Assembly (NCBI GenBank): GCA_019057385.1
Contig: JAHQJS010000006.1
Location: 32,001-96,000, forward strand
Reading direction: 5' to 3'
Length of the DNA stretch: 64,000 bases
Source of the DNA: Candidatus Borrarchaeum weybense
GTDB taxonomy: Archaea > Asgardarchaeota > Sifarchaeia > Borrarchaeales > Borrarchaeaceae
Shown: one piece after another, positions 51,266-61,268 of the stretch
Layout: each line of letters begins with the position of its first letter
Position numbering within the stretch: position 1 is the stretch's first letter
Notes under the pieces: model-generated
Told to the model about the DNA's origin: nothing
Database searches by the model: none
The model's input: the letters and a program-made list of their open reading frames with translations, nothing else
Program-made: the position numbers and the translations under genes

Positions 51266-51596
51266 AACAACTAACCACATGTACTCTATTATAAAACTGA
51301 AGGCATTTAAATTCTGTTTGTATCTGTTTTTGCCCTTCTTAAAATTTTTTGTTAACAGATCTAGTAATTATTTTATAATTATAACTGCAAATTATTTACT
51401 CTTCATAAATCTGTGGAGCTGAATATATTTTATAAATTAAAATGGCGATTTAGATAACTCTTTAGAATTCCTCAACAAGTTTGGATGGCATTCTATCATG
51501 GAAGAGGACTTTCGGTAGTTAAAACTTTTATTTGATGAGAATGCTGAATACTAGGGTATATAACAGTTAACATATTTATAGGCATATATCGTTTTA

Positions 51597-51912
51597 TAGA
51601 CACTTCTTTCAGAGCGGGAGGTTGATGAGAGCGCACCTGTTACGCGCTAACAGCAACGTTGTCCTTTTATACTGCCTCCCCTATAGTAGTGTGCCATTAA
51701 CTCACTGCCCTCACACTCCATCTTACCATCGGGATGTCTGCCGCCTTTGACCTCACTAACGCTAGCGTATCCATTAAAACTCCCACAGGATATATCCTTA
51801 CGCCGTCAACTGGATATGCTCCGCGATCTTGTGATGCAGGCCGCTCAACCGTTCTAGCGGGGACTCCACTCCACTGCTGACGAGTGGATAGCCAATCGGT
51901 AAGAGATGTCTA
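51597..51912. mobile_element. Putative MITE with imperfect 14-bp terminal inverted repeats
   Basis: TAGACACTTCTTTC ... GTAAGAGATGTCTA (11/14 complementary) enclose a markedly GC-richer interior with no long ORF. Confidence 0.55.
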
Positions 51913-51952
51913 TTATGAAAGGAACGGTTTCTTTGTTACGAAGTTAATTTCA

Positions 51953-53155
51953 TTATTTAAGCTTTCTAATCAGTTTAAACATTCGATAAATAAGCTTACG
52001 AAAATGCTCATAATAATAACAAAGGTAATATACATGAGAAATTGGTCCAAAGTTCCAATCATAATAATAGCCTAATCGTTTTGCTGCAGGATATAATATC
52101 CCCGATATCAATCTTTGTTCAAAAGAGTCTAATTCAGTGCGCCATCTATTGCTTAAAGCCATTAAAATTTTCCCTTGAATTTGTCTCTCCTCAAACATTG
52201 TGTTTGACTTAGCAGGCAGGCTATTGACAGTTGGATGTAATAAAATTTCATCCATTGAGATCTCTAGAAAACGGGCGATGTTCTTCATTTGAGTCACTGG
52301 ATTTGTTACTAAATCTTCATAACGTAATATATGATATTTCTCTTTTCCAAAGCGTTCTTGATTCTGGAAACCTGCTTCAATAGAGTTTTGAATCATTTTT
52401 ACATAGTTTAAGGCGTTCCAGTTCCACTTACGTAGTTTACAAAGTCGTTTTAATGATGCTATATTAGGGCGAGGATCTCGTATTATATGAATGAAGTGTG
52501 CAGCTGGAAACAAATTCTTGATTTGGTCAGTCTTCATCTCATTCCCAGGGGTTTTTTCAACCCATAACTTAGGATTGGCTGGACGCTTAGGATTAGCGCA
52601 GTAAAACGCTAAAACAACGGCAAGGAAAGAGGCACGGTCGGAAAGCGGCAAATATTCAAGCCAATAATCTAGATAATAAAGAAAGTTCAAATATGGTATA
52701 TTGTGCTCTCCCAAAATCCAGAAAGGTTTCTGTCCTGTTGGATTAATAAGACGAGAGGTCCAATATGTATCCCAACCTTCCAAACGTTTAGACAATGGCA
52801 AATTATAGTGTTTATTTATCAAGTTTATCATATGAGAATCGCCAGGCATGACAATAAGTTCGGGATGACCGTCTAAAAGCTCTAAAAGTAATGATGTTCC
52901 GCTTTTCATACAGCCACAGATGAACACGCATTTATCGGTTATCTCTTTCACAGATTCTGTAAGTTTGTTATTAATATCCAAATTTCTTTCTTTGATACTC
53001 TTGAGAGTGTTTGTATAGGCTGTGAGGATCTCGCGTGTTGCTATTGTATTTTTGAGATCACGCTTTGGAAATAATCTATCTCTCTGTTCAAATATTTGAT
53101 TTAAAGCAAGTCGGAAATCACCAAGTTTGTGATAGACACTATTATTGTCTGACAT
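51953..53155 (-). CDS. Sulfotransferase (PAPS-dependent)
   Basis: 5'-PSB FICGCMKSGTSLL, WVEKTP, 3'-PB IHIIRDPRPNIAS, RYEDLV. Confidence 0.88.
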   Translation of the reverse strand: MSDNNSVYHKLGDFRLALNQIFEQRDRLFPKRDLKNTIATREILTAYTNTLKSIKERNLDINNKLTESVKEITDKCVFICGCMKSGTSLLLELLDGHPELIVMPGDSHMINLINKHYNLPLSKRLEGWDTYWTSRLINPTGQKPFWILGEHNIPYLNFLYYLDYWLEYLPLSDRASFLAVVLAFYCANPKRPANPKLWVEKTPGNEMKTDQIKNLFPAAHFIHIIRDPRPNIASLKRLCKLRKWNWNALNYVKMIQNSIEAGFQNQERFGKEKYHILRYEDLVTNPVTQMKNIARFLEISMDEILLHPTVNSLPAKSNTMFEERQIQGKILMALSNRWRTELDSFEQRLISGILYPAAKRLGYYYDWNFGPISHVYYLCYYYEHFRKLIYRMFKLIRKLK

Positions 53156-53572
53156 TATGCAATTGACATCCCAGATTTCTTAATCTTCTAAAGCAATAAT
53201 TTTCCATTTTTGAACTCATTAAGTTTTGTGTTAATGAAAAGTATCCTTGAAAGTCTTTTCCCTTACGAGTAGCTCACTTTGAACAGGTAGAATAACCTTC
53301 AAGCCACCCTTTTTTCGCGTTGTTTCAAGTTTCTTTTTAAGTTGTTTGTATTTCAAAAGCATTCTAGAGTAATTGATTAACGCTTTCTTGCTTTCCCAGT
53401 TTAAAGAAATATATTTCGATCCAATTTTAGCAACATTCTCAATAAATCTGAAGGATTTTTCTCTAGCAAGATCCATCCCTTAATATCAAATGAAATAATG
53501 AGGAATTCTTATCACCGACAATTCGCTTGGAAGAAAATAAAGGTTTTATTAAAAAAGATTTAGGAGTTTCAT
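53155..53572 (-). pseudogene. Eroded methyltransferase, third copy of 41973-42737
   Basis: ATGA-coupled to the GT4; alternate frame reads KNPSDLLRMLLKLDRNIFL*TGK versus KKPSDSLRLLLQLDRVIYSLTGR; ends EFKMENY...EIW. Confidence 0.75.
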
Positions 53573-54699
53573 AGGACAAGGACCTCTTTTATAACTTCTA
53601 GTTCCAGTTGTACTATTTTGTCTAACGCAAATTTTTTCAAAATATAATTTCGAGCATTTTTGCCAAGTTTAGACTGAAGGGACTCATCAGACAGAAGTGA
53701 TTCTATCGCCTCTGCAATACTCTTAAAATCAGTGTTGCACAAATATCCTGTGCCTAAATGTTCAATATCTTCTCTTATTCCTGTAACATCAGTTCCGATA
53801 CATGGTATACCACAACTCATGGCTTCAAGCAATGTCTTAGGATGACCCTCATAGTAAGAAGGAAGAATGAAAATTCGAGCTTGATTAATAATTAGGGGTA
53901 ACTTGAAATTTGGTACAGTGCCCTTTAATGTGACATTTAATGCGTATTTATCTATCAATTGCTTGACCTTACTGTTATAGCAGCATCTTCCCACCATTAG
54001 TAATGAAATTTTGCGCTTTTCTGTTTTAAGAAAGTGAATCGCCTTTAACAAATTAGCAATATTCTTTTCTTGACTGCCTCTGCCAATAAAAACGAGATCA
54101 TATTTCTTTTTGCCTCTAAATGGCTTGAAAACATTAGTTTCAACATAGTTAGGGATGACTTTTATTTTCGTTGAATCAAGCTTATAATGCTTGATAACTA
54201 TATCACGTTGCCAAGCAGAAGTAACGATTCCCATATCTGCTAAAGTGAATGCGCTTTTTTCTAATTGAATGGCAGCCCTGATGATTTTTTCAGCCTTGTA
54301 TTTTTTTGTTATATTTCTGCTTAGTAAGTATCCACATCGCACAATTAGTTTTTTCCCAAATTTCTTCTTAAACCATAACGGGATCTCAGACCCTCGAATC
54401 TGATTCGTCTTTAAGATGTCTGAATGCTTGATCTGGGAAAAATGTCTCAGCAATAATTGTAGAATGGGTGTTGCTTTGGTATACCACATAATTGGTAAAA
54501 GATTAATATGTTCTCTGAGTTTCCTCGAATAAACTATATCTTTGTAGCCTCCATATGTTACCATATTGACTTTTCTTAAGTACATTGACAGTTTCTTATA
54601 AAGAGCAAGTTCCCGGTCAATAATACCAACATCAGCCCACATTTTCAGGCTCATTCGTTTAGTGAAAAATAACGTTAATATGGTGTCTGCGAGTTCCAT
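53569..54699 (-). CDS. GT4 glycosyltransferase (module copy 3, paralog of 28756-29886)
   Basis: LTLFFT, LKTNQ, EGHPKTLLEAMSCG. Confidence 0.92.
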   Translation of the reverse strand: MELADTILTLFFTKRMSLKMWADVGIIDRELALYKKLSMYLRKVNMVTYGGYKDIVYSRKLREHINLLPIMWYTKATPILQLLLRHFSQIKHSDILKTNQIRGSEIPLWFKKKFGKKLIVRCGYLLSRNITKKYKAEKIIRAAIQLEKSAFTLADMGIVTSAWQRDIVIKHYKLDSTKIKVIPNYVETNVFKPFRGKKKYDLVFIGRGSQEKNIANLLKAIHFLKTEKRKISLLMVGRCCYNSKVKQLIDKYALNVTLKGTVPNFKLPLIINQARIFILPSYYEGHPKTLLEAMSCGIPCIGTDVTGIREDIEHLGTGYLCNTDFKSIAEAIESLLSDESLQSKLGKNARNYILKKFALDKIVQLELEVIKEVLVL

Positions 54700-54716
54700 A
54701 AATAATTAGCACCTAC

Positions 54717-55859
54717 TTAATCATCAAGTAAAGAATAAAGAATCGCCGAAAGTCTTTTCCCTATTTTAGACCAATTAAAATAATCCTCAATTCGTTTTCT
54801 TGCATTTGTTCCAAGTCTTTTTTTGAGTGATTCATCTTCTAAAAGAATTTCAAAATAATTAATTAGTTTTTTTTTCTCATAAGGGTCAAAAAGAAGACCC
54901 GTTTCATTGTTTAAAATAATTTCAGGGATACCTCCAATTTTACTTGCGATAATAGGCTTACCACAAGCTGATGCTTCTAAAAGGACGGTTGGTAAAGAAT
55001 CGTGAAAAGTAGGATAAAATATAATGTCTGCAGCAGCGTATGCATATTCAACGCCCTTTAAAAATCCGGTCATAATAATACGTGAAGATAATTTGTATCT
55101 TTTTATTATTTCTTTAAAATAATTACGGTATCGTCCTTTTCCTACAATCACGAAAGAAACATCTCGATGTTTCTCCAGCATTTTTTTAATAGTTGGAAGG
55201 TGATAGGCTATCCCGCGTACTTTTTCTGGAAAATCAAAACCTAAGACACAAACAATTAACTTTTGGCTTTCTAAATTATATTTTTGTCTAAAAACTGCAC
55301 CATCTACAGTTAAATTAAATCGGGAGTTGTTCACGCCATTAAAAACGGTAAAATTTTTTTTTGGGGCAGGGATATAGCCTAAAGTAACTTTTCTCAGGTA
55401 ATTACAAACGGGAAGGATTATATTAGACATCTTAAGGCAGAAATTACCCAACGAATTAATCATCAGGCTTCGCGTAAAATTCATAAAGGTTTTTTGCTCT
55501 GACCTACGTTGTTTTACCTCATCCCAAAAATTTCCTCTTAAGCGAATGCAAAATGGAATAGATCTAGTAATTTTAGAAATTAAGGGATAGATATTAACAA
55601 GAGAAACTGTATCACTCATAATAAGATCTGGAGAATACTCCTGGATTTTGTTGTATATTTTTACAAGACCATATTTTTTCCCGATCACAGGTGCATTCCA
55701 TCTTCCAGAGAATCCAATAATGCGTTTTACATCTATTATTTCACAAGAAATATCATGCTCTTGAATTGCAAGAGCAGTTTCTTGTGCACGTACCACTCTT
55801 TCAGCAAGATACGCTATTTTCAATTTCTTACATCTCAGAAAAATACCGTTTTTAATCAA
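54717..55859 (-). CDS. GT4 glycosyltransferase
   Basis: YPTFHDSLPTVLLEASACGKP, GGIPE. Confidence 0.9.
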   Translation of the reverse strand: MIKNGIFLRCKKLKIAYLAERVVRAQETALAIQEHDISCEIIDVKRIIGFSGRWNAPVIGKKYGLVKIYNKIQEYSPDLIMSDTVSLVNIYPLISKITRSIPFCIRLRGNFWDEVKQRRSEQKTFMNFTRSLMINSLGNFCLKMSNIILPVCNYLRKVTLGYIPAPKKNFTVFNGVNNSRFNLTVDGAVFRQKYNLESQKLIVCVLGFDFPEKVRGIAYHLPTIKKMLEKHRDVSFVIVGKGRYRNYFKEIIKRYKLSSRIIMTGFLKGVEYAYAAADIIFYPTFHDSLPTVLLEASACGKPIIASKIGGIPEIILNNETGLLFDPYEKKKLINYFEILLEDESLKKRLGTNARKRIEDYFNWSKIGKRLSAILYSLLDD

Positions 55860-56389
55860 ATCTAGGCTTAAGATTATTCCTGAATATTTTTTTCAATAAT
55901 TCTTTCGCCCAATTTCGCTTTTTACATCCGTTCTAATTTCACGCATTGCATATTGAATTTACATTTTAAATTATTTGTTTTCCTTAGAAAGCTTAGAAAT
56001 TACGTAAATATTATGATCTCTTTTAAGAAATCCCAAAATAGCAGAAACCATGTTTACTTATGAAAAGACCAAATGTTCATTCCAGTTTCTGTCACTTTAA
56101 TAATTTTACTTAACGCTTGTAAGAATAATTCTTTTAAAATTTAGAAAATTACATAATTGACTAAGTAAAATCTTATAAAGACCTCAATATAATACGAAAG
56201 TTGTATAAGACGCAATCTCAGCGAATCTGAAGTTCAGGAAGGAGAAAATTGTATTGCGCGTAAGAACTAAGAACTTAGATTGGATTATGGGATTTGCATT
56301 ATTGTCTGATAGCAGCGTAGTAGTAATTTATGTAAATTATTAACGTTTCAAAAAAAAAAGCTTGGTTGAACTTTAGGGAGAAGGTCATT

Positions 56390-57256
56390 ATGAAAAGTGG
56401 AATGCCTATATTCATTGTAGGTGTTGGGCGAAGTGGTTCAACAGTTTTCCATAGGATGTTTTCCGAACATCCCAACGTTGCTTGGCTATCCTTATTATGC
56501 GACATATGTCCAGGTAAACCATCAATAAATAGACTTCTTATGAAATCAATTGCTTATCCGATAATTGGAAGATGCCTAAGACAACTTAATCGAGGGGAGC
56601 ATTATAAATTCTGGAATTATTATTTTAAAGGCTTTGGTACTCCTTGCAGAGATCTTTCACCTGAAGATGTGACAAAAAAGACAAAAGAGCAAATTAAAGA
56701 AGTAGTATCAAAAATGTTGACTAAGAAAAGAAATAAGTTTTTAGCCAAGATTACTGGTTGGCCTAGAATTGGTTTTTTACATGAAATATTCAAGGATGCA
56801 AAGTTTATTCATATATTGAGAGATGGACGGGCGGTAGCAAACTCATTGATCAATGAAGATTGGTGGTTGGGCTGGAAAGGTCCCCAGAATTGGAGATGGG
56901 GCGAACTCACGCCATCTCATAAGGAAGAGTGGGAAAAGTATAACAAATCTTTCATTGCGCTTGCGTGCATCGAGTGGAAAATTTTAGTGGGTGCCATTGA
57001 AGAGGCAAAAAGATACATAGAACACACTGATTTCTTTGAGATCAAATATGAGAATCTTTGTGCTGCCCCTCTAAGTGTATTTAAAGATGTTGTAGAATTT
57101 TGTGAACTTAAATGGACAAAGAAATTTGAGAATTCAATAAAGAAGCATAAATTGAAAAATACAAACTATAAATGGCAAAAAGAATTTAGCGACATCCAGA
57201 AAAATATTGCTGAAAATATTCTTCGCGATTATTTAAATAGATATGAGTATTTATGA
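56390..57256 (+). CDS. Sulfotransferase (PAPS-dependent)
   Basis: IFIVGVGRSGST, IHILRDGRAVANS, KYENL. ATG 56390 follows SD GGAGAAGGT. Confidence 0.88.
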   Translation: MKSGMPIFIVGVGRSGSTVFHRMFSEHPNVAWLSLLCDICPGKPSINRLLMKSIAYPIIGRCLRQLNRGEHYKFWNYYFKGFGTPCRDLSPEDVTKKTKEQIKEVVSKMLTKKRNKFLAKITGWPRIGFLHEIFKDAKFIHILRDGRAVANSLINEDWWLGWKGPQNWRWGELTPSHKEEWEKYNKSFIALACIEWKILVGAIEEAKRYIEHTDFFEIKYENLCAAPLSVFKDVVEFCELKWTKKFENSIKKHKLKNTNYKWQKEFSDIQKNIAENILRDYLNRYEYL

Positions 57257-57346
57257 TTTTATTATAGACGCCATCATGGAATAGACGTATTTTTATGGAT
57301 TGTTAAATCATTTAATGTCTTAAAAGCCCTGAGTTGAGCTAAAGAC

Positions 57347-58684
57347 ATGTATAGATTTATGGTTATTGCGGGCACAAGGCCGGAATTCATTAAGTTAGCG
57401 CCAGTAATTAAAGCTATTTTAGAATTCAAAGATATTGAACTTATTTTCGTGCACAGTGAACAGCATTATGATATTGAATTATCCGATGTTTTTCTTAAAG
57501 AATTAAACTTGCCCTCCCCGCATGAATTTCTCAATGTCGGATCAGGCACTCATGGAGAGCAAACCTCTAGACTATTGATAGAATGTGAACGGGTAATGAG
57601 GTCTTATGCGCCTGATTTAATTTTTGTTGAAGGTGATACTAACACGGTTCTTGGTGCAGGATTGGCTGCCATCAAGTTGAATCTTCCGTTAGCTCATGTG
57701 GAGGCTGGCTTACGAAGTTACGATAGAATGATGCCAGAGGAAATCAATCGAAAGGTAGTAGGTTTATGTGCAGCGATTCACTTTGCGCCTACGAAACGTG
57801 CTGCCTTGAATTTAATATATGAGGGGATCCCACCTAAAAAAATACATGTCACTGGGAATACTGTAGTTGATGCGTGTCTTTTCTTTTCAAAAACTGCAAA
57901 ACAAAAATCAACTATATTAAGTGATCTTGGCATTCAAAAAGACAAGAAACTGGTTGTTGTAACTGCTCATAGACCTGAGAATGTAGATAATGAACGCAAT
58001 TTAAGGGAAATTACTGAAGGAATCGTGGAACTTGGAAATGATGGCCACCAAATTGTTTTTTCAGTTCATCCAAGAACCAAAAAAATGTTGGAAAAAATGC
58101 GATTTAAATACGCTTCCGTTGACTCCTTTTTCCTTAGTGAGCCTTTAGGATATTTAGATTTCCTAAGACTATTGCTTGAGGCGGATTTAGTTATTACAGA
58201 CTCAGGTGGTATACAAGAAGAGGCCTTAACTCTTAAATGTCCGTGTTTAACCATCAGAAGAAATACTGAGCGTCCAGAAACAGTTGAAGTTGGTGCAAAC
58301 ATTTTAATTGGTGCAAATAAAAATCTTTTAGTCAAATATGCCAGAAAAATTCTCTTAGATCAGAATTTTTCGTCAAAAATGCGACCTTCCTTTAATCCCT
58401 TCGGCGATGGGCGTGCTGGAGAGAGGATTGTTAAAATATCAAGGGATCATTGTAGTGAAGGTATTCAAATTGATTCCCCAACATTTTTGGAGCGTCCTCC
58501 AATGATATTTAAACTCCTCAAAGTATCAGAATCATTGGAAGGTCTAACAATAGCGGCATTAAAGAAGAAATTTCCAGAGATTGAAGTCACTCTCGTATAT
58601 GATCTGGAAGGCAAGCCACTATTTCCTCAAAATGATCTGACCCTTCGTAAAGATTGGAGCATTAGAATTATCGAGTCATATTAG
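57347..58684 (+). CDS. wecB: UDP-N-acetylglucosamine 2-epimerase (non-hydrolysing) with C-terminal extension
   Basis: GTRPEFIK, QHYD, GDTNT, HVEAGLRS, PEEINR, TDSGGIQEEA, TERPE, NPFGDG. Confidence 0.95.
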   Translation: MYRFMVIAGTRPEFIKLAPVIKAILEFKDIELIFVHSEQHYDIELSDVFLKELNLPSPHEFLNVGSGTHGEQTSRLLIECERVMRSYAPDLIFVEGDTNTVLGAGLAAIKLNLPLAHVEAGLRSYDRMMPEEINRKVVGLCAAIHFAPTKRAALNLIYEGIPPKKIHVTGNTVVDACLFFSKTAKQKSTILSDLGIQKDKKLVVVTAHRPENVDNERNLREITEGIVELGNDGHQIVFSVHPRTKKMLEKMRFKYASVDSFFLSEPLGYLDFLRLLLEADLVITDSGGIQEEALTLKCPCLTIRRNTERPETVEVGANILIGANKNLLVKYARKILLDQNFSSKMRPSFNPFGDGRAGERIVKISRDHCSEGIQIDSPTFLERPPMIFKLLKVSESLEGLTIAALKKKFPEIEVTLVYDLEGKPLFPQNDLTLRKDWSIRIIESY

Positions 58685-58730
58685 TGCCCATTTATTTCTT
58701 TTTAATACAAACCAAGTGTAAGTTGTCAAA

Positions 58731-58782
58731 GTGACATCCTCCCCATCCTTTCGGAAGGGGACTTCCAGCCGATAAAGTTAAA
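58731..58782 (-). mobile_element. IS200/IS605 end hairpin remnant
   Basis: Minus strand TTTAAC...GGAAGTCCCCTTCCGAAAGGATGGGGAGGATGTCAC, a GC hairpin of the IS605-end type between convergent genes. Confidence 0.6.
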
Positions 58783-58809
58783 ACGTTGAAAATTAGAGAG
58801 TTTTTCACA

Positions 58810-59502
58810 TTATCTAAATAGATTCTTTAACAACGTATAAAGTATATTAAACCCATCAATTAACCGATTAACCTTCGATTTGCCATATTTCCTCTTATAT
58901 TCAGTCTTTGGAATTTCAATTACTCTATATTTCTTCTTTAGCGCTTTAGCCAAAAGTTCAATTGTAAGCGCCATTTTTTCTTCTCTTAGCGTTTTTATTT
59001 CATGCAATATTTCTCTTTTGAATGCCCTAAATCCGCTTTGTGAGTTTAATATTCTTTTTCTGTAGCGAATTCGTAAAAGAAGAAAAGTTAACATCTCTCC
59101 AATTTTCGTTAGGAAAGGAATTCTATAATTATATTCTCCGAGATACCGAGAACCAATAACAAAATCTGCTTCATTTTCTAGTATTGGATTTATTAGATTT
59201 GGAATTTCAGCTGCCCTATTTTGATTATCGGCATCAATTGTTACGATAATATTACCTAATGCTGCTTCAAAACCTGTTAATAGTGCTGCACCATAACCTC
59301 GATTTAATATGTGTTTTATGACTACGGCATTCAATTTTTTGGCAATTTCATAAGTATCGTCTTCAGAACCATCATCAACAACAATTATCTCAGACTTATC
59401 TAAAAGATCTTTAGGAATATTTAAAATAACATTAGGTATTGAGATCGCTTCATTATAGGCAGGGATAACAATTGAAAGGAAAGGATTATTAGAGTTCATC
59501 AA
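58810..59502 (-). CDS. DPM1-like GT2 (dolichol/polyprenol-phosphate glycosyltransferase)
   Basis: IPAYNEA, VDDGSED, NRGYG, IDADNQ, GSRY, SQSGFRAF. Confidence 0.9.
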   Translation of the reverse strand: MMNSNNPFLSIVIPAYNEAISIPNVILNIPKDLLDKSEIIVVDDGSEDDTYEIAKKLNAVVIKHILNRGYGAALLTGFEAALGNIIVTIDADNQNRAAEIPNLINPILENEADFVIGSRYLGEYNYRIPFLTKIGEMLTFLLLRIRYRKRILNSQSGFRAFKREILHEIKTLREEKMALTIELLAKALKKKYRVIEIPKTEYKRKYGKSKVNRLIDGFNILYTLLKNLFR

Positions 59503-59621
59503 CTATTGATTTGTCTTGCAAAATAAAAGTCTTCTTAATGTGAAATATATAACTTTAAACTAATTCTTGGCTATCAAGAGATTGTTCATAAATAAATAAT
59601 TGAAATTGGAAGTCTAAGAAA

Positions 59622-59999
59622 ATGATATTTCCTTATCAAATTGTGATTCTAGTTTTAGTTTCAATATTCATAGGATACACACTCTTAAACTATAAAAGAG
59701 GAGAGATTTCATTTCTCGCAATGATACTATGGCTCTTGATTTGGACCTTTATGATTTATACGACCTTTTCCTTTAGATTAATAGGTTATATCGGACAAAT
59801 TTTTTCAGCTCAAGCAGGACTGAATATAATTGTCGCGTTTTCGACAATATCCCTGTTTTTTGTTTGTTATGTACTTTTCATTCAAATATCAAAAATTAGA
59901 AAAGAAATTACACAAATAGTGAGATATATTGGATTAAAGGAAGCAAAAAGACTCAAGCCCGAATCACAGATTAAGAAAAAGAGTCCCCAAAAGATGTAA
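59622..59999 (+). CDS. DUF2304-like small membrane protein
   Basis: 3 TM helices plus C-terminal ITQIVR coil; adjacent to a DPM1-like GT2, the usual context for this family. Confidence 0.75.
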   Translation: MIFPYQIVILVLVSIFIGYTLLNYKRGEISFLAMILWLLIWTFMIYTTFSFRLIGYIGQIFSAQAGLNIIVAFSTISLFFVCYVLFIQISKIRKEITQIVRYIGLKEAKRLKPESQIKKKSPQKM

Positions 60000-60065
60000 T
60001 AAATAAAAAGAAATAATTTCAATACTTTAAGTCTTCTATTAAAAATGATCAATTAATAAAACACT

Positions 60066-61268
60066 TTGAATGGCAGTTTGAAAATGTCACTGCAAAACAT
60101 AAATCTTCTGTATTTTACTCCATGTGAACTACATGAAGGAGTCGGAGGGAGCGCAAGGTTAGAAAATATGGTATCTATTTTTCAGCAATTAGGAGTGAAC
60201 ATACAACTAGTGTCCTATATACCAAGAGATGAATTTAGGATTAAATATGAGAACATTAATCGTTTTCTAAACGTAACAAAGATTTATGTTTCAAAATTAG
60301 CCCCCAAATTTATCAAAGCGTTGGCAATTCCGCTGATTCTGCTGTTTGGTTTAAAGTATGCTAAAAAAAGCGATATTTTATTTGCCCATGCACCCGGTAT
60401 AATGACCGGTTTTCCCGCAATGATCCTTGCTAAAATATTTAATAAACCATTGATTGTTGATCATATGGATGTTAATGATCCTGATACGCCTGAATTTATT
60501 TTTAATAAAGTTTTACAAAACTCAACAGTTGTTTTTGTAATAAGCCATTATTTAGAAGGGGAAGTCAAAAGCAAGTTTGGAAAAACTGTGATATATATCC
60601 CAATATTCATAGATCCTGAAGTTTTTCAAATAAATCCTCTTGAGGGGAAAAAGGTAAGAGAAGGTTTGGGGATAAGGGATAATGACGTTCTAATTGGATA
60701 TGCGGGATCCTTCTGGTATGTTGAAGGTGTGCCATTTCTCTTGAAAGCGTGTAAGAATTTGATTGATAAACATAAGAATATTAGACTAATTATGATTGGT
60801 AGAATGAATGTGGGTTCAGACAACATACCAATGCTTCTAGATAAACTATCACTAAGAGAAAAGGCGAATCACATTTCCCATCAACCTCGCAAACTTATTC
60901 CAAACTATCTTTCAGCATGTGATATTCTCTGCTCACCAAAGATCGATTGTGAAATTAATAGAGCCGCAAATCCTGTGAAGGTCATTGAATATTTATCTAT
61001 GGGTCTGCCTGTAGTTTGTTCCGCCGTAGGTGGAATAATTGGCGCTGTAAAAAATGGAATTAATGGCCTTCTTGTAAAACCGGGCAATGTAAAGGATCTG
61101 GAGGAAAAATTGGAATGGATTATACTAAATCCCGAACAGGCGAAAGAAATGGGAAAGAATGGAAGAAAAACTGTAATAGAGAACTATAGTTATAATGCGA
61201 TCAAAAATAAGATTAAGCGTGTGATTATCAAAATAAGAGAAATGAAGAAAGGAAATCAAATAATATGA
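60066..61268 (+). CDS. GT4 glycosyltransferase
   Basis: GYAGSF, EGV, NPVKVIEYLSMGLP. Start may be ATG 60084. Confidence 0.9.
   Translation: MNGSLKMSLQNINLLYFTPCELHEGVGGSARLENMVSIFQQLGVNIQLVSYIPRDEFRIKYENINRFLNVTKIYVSKLAPKFIKALAIPLILLFGLKYAKKSDILFAHAPGIMTGFPAMILAKIFNKPLIVDHMDVNDPDTPEFIFNKVLQNSTVVFVISHYLEGEVKSKFGKTVIYIPIFIDPEVFQINPLEGKKVREGLGIRDNDVLIGYAGSFWYVEGVPFLLKACKNLIDKHKNIRLIMIGRMNVGSDNIPMLLDKLSLREKANHISHQPRKLIPNYLSACDILCSPKIDCEINRAANPVKVIEYLSMGLPVVCSAVGGIIGAVKNGINGLLVKPGNVKDLEEKLEWIILNPEQAKEMGKNGRKTVIENYSYNAIKNKIKRVIIKIREMKKGNQII

Noticed and set aside
53231-53476. 81-aa ORF as a real small protein
   Set aside because: The homologous signal lies in another frame; it is part of the MTase pseudogene.
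55860-56020. Possible GT4 C-terminal relic on the minus strand
   Set aside because: Only a short, broken GRK..IEKKYS-like similarity; too weak to call.
56350-56359. A10 tract upstream of the sulfotransferase as a phase-variation site
   Set aside because: Poly-A/T runs of 8-10 are frequent in this AT-rich window.
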